From: an uncultured delta proteobacterium
Lineage (GTDB): Bacteria > Myxococcota > Myxococcia > Myxococcales > Myxococcaceae
Length of the DNA: 14,434 bases
NCBI GenBank assembly: GCA_963771175.1
Contig: CAVYSY010000013.1
Location: 1-14,434, forward strand
Direction: 5' to 3'
Shown: positions 9,112 through 14,434 of the stretch, in pieces
How the letters are laid out: every line of letters begins with the position of its first letter
Position numbering within the stretch: position 1 is the stretch's first letter
The notes under the pieces: model-generated
What the model was told of the DNA's origin: nothing
The model's input: the letters and a program-made list of their open reading frames with translations, nothing else
Database searches by the model: none
Translations under genes and position numbers: made by a program

Positions 9112-10340
9112 TCAGGGCACGGGGGCAGTGGGCGGCTCTGGCTCCAGTTCCAACTCCTGGAGCCTCACTCCCGGTGTCTGTCGTTGCGGCAGTGCCGGCG
9201 TCTCACGCAGCACGGGCAACGGGAACTTCAGCGGCTTCCCATCCGAGGCGTGCGTGTGTCCCGTCACCTCGGCCGCGCCCATGCCCTGGCGCTGCGGCTG
9301 GAAGGTGGCTTGTGGATCGCTCGCCGAGGCCTTGCCCGCGCGGAACACCGCGAAGCGCGTCAGCACCGCGCTCGCCGTTCCCAGCAGCGCCCCCGCCACC
9401 TTCATCCACTTGCGCCGGTCCGGCCACACACCCAGCACGAGCGACGCCGCGGTACACGCCCTGGCCGCTTTCCACATCCTCCCCGAGGGTCCTTGCTTCA
9501 GCGGTCGCTCCAGTACCTCCAGGCGCGCGGCGTCGTGCTGCACCGCGACTCCCGCCACCAACTCGCCCACCTTGCCCATCGTGCCGAACAGGTGGAGCAC
9601 CTTCTCCTCGCCTCGTGAGTGCGGCAGCAACTCCAGGAGGCTCGCCGCGCCCGCCATCGCCGAGGACATGAACAGCAGCGGCAGCGACTTGCGCGTGGCC
9701 TGCCAGAGGGGCACCGCCGTGTTGGCGAGCAGCACCGCCGTGTACCCGGCGAGCGGCAATCCCAACAGGCCCGCCCCCACCGAGGCCCCTCTCCCCGCTC
9801 GCCCGAGCCACCCGCGCCGGCCCGAGAACAGCAGGGACGCGGTGTTCATCGCCCCCGAGCCCACCAGCACCCACGAGCCCACGCTCATGGGCGACGTGGG
9901 CCGGAACACGCGCAGCATGTTGCAGGAAGCGCTCGGGCCGGCCGAGGTCGTGGATGAGCAGCCCCGGGCTCACCACGTCTCCCACCATGCCCACCCACCG
10001 GCACCGGCGACCCAGGGACTCCATCCCCTTGCCGCCCACCGCATCCGCCGCCGCGCCCAGCACGCTCGCCGCGCCCGCCACGCCGCCCACGTAGAAGTAG
10101 AGCGGGATGCTCCAGATCCACACGGGCTCCTTGAGGGCCGGCTGTCCGTAGTAGCTCGGCGACTCCGCGGAGACTCCCGACCGCGAGGGCCGCGTCCGTC
10201 AACAGCTCGCGCGCGGGATTGGCCTCAGTCAATGTCTCTCACCCGCTGCTGGGCGCCCTCGCCAGAGAGCGTCCCAGCTTCGGGTCGATGTTGCGCCCGT
10301 CGTGCCGCTTCTCCAGGTCCTCCGGCCGGATGCCAGCCAC
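9112..10340 (-). CDS. nrfD: NrfD/PsrC-family (polysulfide reductase-type) membrane subunit; apparent frameshifts near 10272, 10232, 10190 and 9922
   Basis: GTG at 10340 follows GAGGTGA, 3 nt after the beta-subunit stop. Motifs: SYYGQPALKEPVWIWSIPLYFYVGGVAGA, LLIHDLGRPERFL/NMLRVFRPTSPMSVGSWVL, AGYTAVLLANTAVPLW, LPLLFMSSAMAGAA, LLGTASAVLTRFAVFRAGKASASDP. Multiple hydrophobic helices. Confidence 0.88.
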
Positions 10341-10343
10341 GCG

Positions 10344-11149
10344 TCACCTCTCGCCCCAGGCACACCGCCCCGAGCGCCGACCACCGCCATCCCCAGTGCG
10401 CCCCATCCCATCGAGGCCCAGCGCCTCCTTCCCCTTCGTGTGGGCACCACGGGGTCGGGCGGGAGGTTGTAGACCTCGGGCTTGTCCACGAGCAGGAAGA
10501 AGGCGTTCAGCCCGCCGGTGCCCGGCTGGTTCTCCGCGTCCGCGCCGTACAGGTACGCCTCGCTCCACGCCCCGCTCGTGCAGGCGCTCCACGCGCGCGC
10601 GCGGCCCGCTCGCGCAGTTCGTCCACGTCGCCGAACTGGATGGAATGCGGTGGGGCACGCCTTCGCGCAGGCGGGCGTCCTGTCGTCCTTCAGGCGGTCG
10701 TAGCAGAGCGTGCACTTCCAGGCGCGCCCGTCGTCCTCGCGGCGGTCGATCACGCCGAACGGGCACGCCGCCACGCAGTAGCCGCAGCCGTTGCAGACGT
10801 CCGGCTGCACGTACACGGTGTCGAACTCGGTGCGGATGATGGCGCCGGTGGGGCAGGCCTCCAGGCACGCCGGCGCGCTGGCAGTGCTTGCACACGTCCG
10901 AGGTCATCAGCCACGAGAAGCTTCGGCCGTCTCATCGCCGTGCGTGCGGCACCGGCCGCTCGACGAAGGCCACGTGCCGCCAGGTGGACGCGCCGAGGTG
11001 CCCCGTGTTGTCGTACGACATGCCGGTGAAGCTGGAAGCCGTCGTCGGGCAGCTGGTTCCACTGCTTGCAGGCCACCTCGCAGGCCTTGCAGCCGATGCA
11101 GAGGTGGTGTCGGTGAAGAAGCCCTTCTGGCCCGTGGCGCCTTGCTCAT
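10344..11149 (-). CDS. fdnH: Formate dehydrogenase iron-sulfur (beta) subunit, 4x[4Fe-4S], FdnH-like; multiple apparent frameshifts
   Basis: ATG at 11149 overlaps the reconstructed alpha stop (ATGA). Motifs: KGFFTDTT-CIGCKACEVACKQWN, TWRHVAFVE, SDVCKHC..CLEACPTG, QPDVCNGCGYCVAACPFG, KCTLCYDRL..PACAKACPT, EAYLYGAD..GGLNAFFLLVDKPEVYNLPPDP, then a short hydrophobic C-terminal segment. Confidence 0.88.
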
Positions 11150-14100
11150 GAGACGGCTTCCCCGTGCTGCGGCTGTGGTTCGGGGCGGGCCGCTGCGGCC
11201 TCGAGGCCGCGCCGCACGCTCGCTGAGGCACCGGGTGGCAGCGGCCACGGCTCCCAGCGCCATGGCCGCGCGCCGGCCCTGGCCGCGCTTCCCGGGGACG
11301 ATGTTGCCGGTGAGCGCCTTGGACTCCTGGATGGACACGTTCGGGTCCGCCGAGAAGGGGATGCAGGTCATTGGCGCTCCCGCCCCGCGCACGCGGCCCC
11401 GTGTAGCCCCAGTGGTAGGGCAGTCCAATCTGGTGCACCCGCTTCCCGTCGAGCCGCAGCGGACGGATGCGCTCGGTCACCAGCACCCGGCACTCGAGCT
11501 CGCCGCGCGCCGTGGACAGGTGCACCAGCCCCCGTTCTCCAGCTCCACCTCGGCGGCCAGCTCCGGAGAGACCTCGCAGAACATCTCCGGCTGCAGCTCG
11601 CTCAGCCACGACAGCCAGCGGGTCATGCCGCCCGCGGTGTGGTGCTCGGTGAGCCGGTACGTGGTGAGCACGTAGGGGTAGCGCGGGTCGTCCCACGCGC
11701 CGGTGGTAGGGATTGTCCTCGCGCCGGCACTCGAAGCGCGCCGGGTTGCACTGCTGCCCGTAGAGGAAGTTGCGGACCGGCGACTCCAGCGGCTCGTAGT
11801 GCGTGGGCAGCGGGCCGTCCATCATCCCGCTCGGGGCGAACAGCCAGCCCTTGCCGTCCGCCTGCATGATGAACGGGTCATCGCCGGAGATGACGTCCAG
11901 TCCCTGGTCCCCCGTGTCGGCGCGGTACGAGGGCGGACGGTCCTTGATGAAGTCGGGCACGTCGTCGCCCGTCCACTCGCCCTTCTCCGCGTCCCACCAG
12001 ACGTACTTCTTGCGCTCGCTCCAGGGGCGGCCCTCGGGGTCCGCCGAGGCGCGGTTGTAGAGCATGCGCCGGTTGGCCGGCCACGCCCAGCCCCACTCCG
12101 AGGCCACCCACGTCTGCTCCCGGCCCGGCTTGCGGCGCGCGGGCTGGTTCACCCCGTCCGCGTAACAGCCCGAGTAGATCCAGCAGCCGCACGCGGTGGA
12201 GCCGTCGTCCTTCAGCTCCGTGAAGCCAGACACCAGCTTGCCATCCGCGACGGTGTAGCCGTTGATCTCCTTCAGCACGGCCTCGGCGTCGGGCTCCTGG
12301 AGCGGGCCCTTCGTCGGGTAGTCCCAGGTGAGGTCCAGCAGGGGCCGGTCCTTCTCCTCCTTCGAGCCCCCGTAGAGCTTCTTCAGCCGGCGCCCGAGGT
12401 GAAGATGAAGTGCAGGTCGCTGCGGCCTCCCCGGGCGGCTCGACGGCCTTGTGGTGCCACTGCAGCAGGCGCTGGGTGTTGGTGAAGGTGCCGTCCTTCT
12501 CGGTGTGCGCGGCGGCGGGGAAGAAGAAGACCTCGGTCTTGATGTCCTCGGGGCGCACGTCGCCGCGCTCTACTTCGGGCGCGGTGCGCCAGAACTCGGC
12601 CGTCTCGGTGAGGGAGAAGTCGCGCACCACCAGCCAGTCGAGCTTCCGCAAGGCCCTTGCGCTGCAGGGCCCCGTTCATCGAGCCCACCGCGGGGTTCTC
12701 GCCCATGACGAAGTAGCCCTTCACCTTGCCGTCGGCCATGTCGGCCACGGTGGTCATGTGCGAGTGGTCCCCGGTGAGCTTGGGTATCCAGTGGAAGCCG
12801 CAGTCGTTCTTCTTCGTCGCGGCGTCGCCGTAGTAGGCCTTGAGCAGCGAGACGACGTACTTGGGGAACTCGCTCCACCAGCCGCTGGCCGACTCGTTGT
12901 TGTGGAGGTACTGGTCGAAGCGCTGCGCGTCCGGCGCGTGCGGCATCGGGAGGTAGCCGGGCAGCAGGTTGTAGAGCGTGGGGATGTCGGTCGAGCCCTG
13001 GATGGAGGCGTGGCCGCGCAGCGCCATGATGCCGCCGCCGGGCCGGCCGATGTTGCCGAGCAGCAGCTGGATGATGGCCGCGGTGCGGATGTACTGCACG
13101 CCCACCGAGTGCTGCGTCCAGCCCACCGCGTAGCAGATGGCGCTGGTGCGCTCGCGGCCGGAGTTGTCGCAGAGCGCCTCGGCCACCTTCAGGAAGAGCT
13201 CCTCGGGGATGCCGCAGATGCGCCGACGATCTCCGGCGTGTAGCGCGCGAAGTGGCGCTTGAGCATCTGGAAGACGCAGCGCGGGTGCTGGAGCGTCTCG
13301 TCGCGAGGCACCTCGGTGATGTGCTTGCCGCGCACCTTGCCGTGACCACCGGCGCCCGGCTCGGCGAAGATTTCCTTGTGGCCCGCGGCGGGCACCACGC
13401 CGTCCAGCCCCTCGTACTGCCAGGTGTTCGGGCTGTACTTGCCGGTCTCCGGGTCGTAGCCGCTGAAGAGGCCGTCGAGCTCCTCGGTGTCCTGGAACTC
13501 CTCGCGGAGGATCGCGGGCGCGTTGGTGTAGTGGACGACGTAGTCGTGGAAGTAGCGCTCGTTCTCCAGGATGTAGTGGACGAGGCCGCCCAGGAACGCG
13601 ATGTCCGTGCCCGCGCGCAGCGGCACGTGCAGGTCCGCCATCGCGCTGGTGCGGGTGAAGCGCGGGTCCACGTGGATGAGGGTGGCGCCGCGCTCACGGG
13701 CCTCCATCACCCACTGGAAGCCCACCGGGTGGCACTCGGCCATGTTGGTCCCCATGATGACGATGCAGTCCGCGTTCTGCAGGTCCTGCTGGAAGGTGGT
13801 CGCGCCGCCTCGACCGAACGAGATGCCCAGACCGGGCACCGTGGAGGAGTGTCATATGCGGGCCTGGTTCTCGACCTGCACGATGCCGAGCCCGGCGGTG
13901 AACAGCTTCTTGATGAGGTAGTTCTCCTCGTTGTCGAGCGTGGCGCCGCCCAGGTGGGCGATGCCCAGGGTGCGGTTGACCGGCTCGCCCTGCGCGTTCT
14001 CCGCCTCCCAGGTCTCGTCGCGCGCCTGCTTCACGCGCTCGGCGACCATGTCCATCGCCTTGTCGAGCGGGAGCTGCTCCCACCGCGTGCCACCGGGGCG

Positions 14101-14424
14101 GCGGTAGAGGACCTGCTGGACGCGGTGGTTGCCGGTGACGAGCTGGAAGGTGGCGGCGCCCTTGGGGCAGAGCCGGCCGCGGGAGATGGGCGAGTCCGGG
14201 TCGCCCTCGATGTCGAGGATCTTCCCGTCCTGGACGTAGACCTTCTGGCCGCAGCCGACGGCGCAGTAGGGGCAGATGGACTGGACGACCTTGTCGGCCT
14301 GGACGGTGCGCGGCTCGAGCTGGCGGCTGCGCGGGCTCATCGCCGTCTCACCCAGGGCGGTGGAGTCCTTGTCCTGGAGCTGACGGATGACGGGCCAGCG
14401 CGAGAACAGGTCGAAGAGTCCCAA
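11146..14424 (-). CDS. fdnG: Selenocysteine-containing formate dehydrogenase alpha subunit (Mo/W-bisPGD, FdnG/FdoG-like); Sec UGA at 13854-13852; several apparent frameshifts between 13225 and 11250
   Basis: TTG start at 14424, 6 nt after GAGG. [4Fe-4S] motif CPYCAVGCG..GRLCPKG. Active site ENQARI-TGA-HSSTVPGLG continues in frame into FGRGGATTFQQDLQNAD. Further motifs: MGTNMAECHPVGF, VDPRFTRTS, YAVGWTQHSVG, ALRGHASIQG, AAAHTEKDGTFTNTQRLLQW, WAWPANRRMLYNRASADPEG, and the C-terminal LTTYRLTEHHTAGGMTR..GLPYHWG..DPNVSIQESKA. Confidence 0.93.
13822..13851 (-). promoter_or_regulatory. Bacterial SECIS element 3' of the Sec codon
   Basis: mRNA reads UGA CAC UCC UCC ACG GUG CCC GGU CUG GGC AUC. The stem GGUGCCC/GGGCAUC (+12 to +30, one G.U pair) closes a GGUCU loop. 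GGU CUG sits at the same distance from UGA as in the E. coli fdhF SECIS (from memory). Confidence 0.85.
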
Positions 14425-14434
14425 GGCATGCCTC

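Overview
High-GC DNA, most likely from a myxobacterium (inferred from a Pkn1-like kinase and the general gene style). Many genes carry 1-nt indels, often in G/C runs, which look more like sequencing or assembly error than decay. Left to right the window holds: (-) a cell-wall peptidase with two PG_binding_1 domains and an M15/VanY-type domain; (+) a hypothetical protein; (-) an ankyrin-repeat protein, a hypothetical protein and a Pkn1-like Ser/Thr kinase (kinase-PilZ-like-J-like-TPR-like); (+) an SDR oxidoreductase missing its catalytic YxxxK segment through an internal deletion; (+) a DUF4288-like gene; (-) an AgpS/alkyl-DHAP-synthase-like flavoprotein; (+) a lower-GC helical hypothetical protein; and (-) a three-gene formate dehydrogenase operon. 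The operon encodes an alpha subunit with an in-frame UGA selenocysteine codon and a SECIS hairpin, a 4x[4Fe-4S] beta subunit, and an NrfD-type membrane subunit. The most notable items are the Sec-recoded, Tat-less, NrfD-coupled FDH and the SDR deletion. I see no evidence for a wholly new system. Family assignments come from motif recognition and memory, not database searches.
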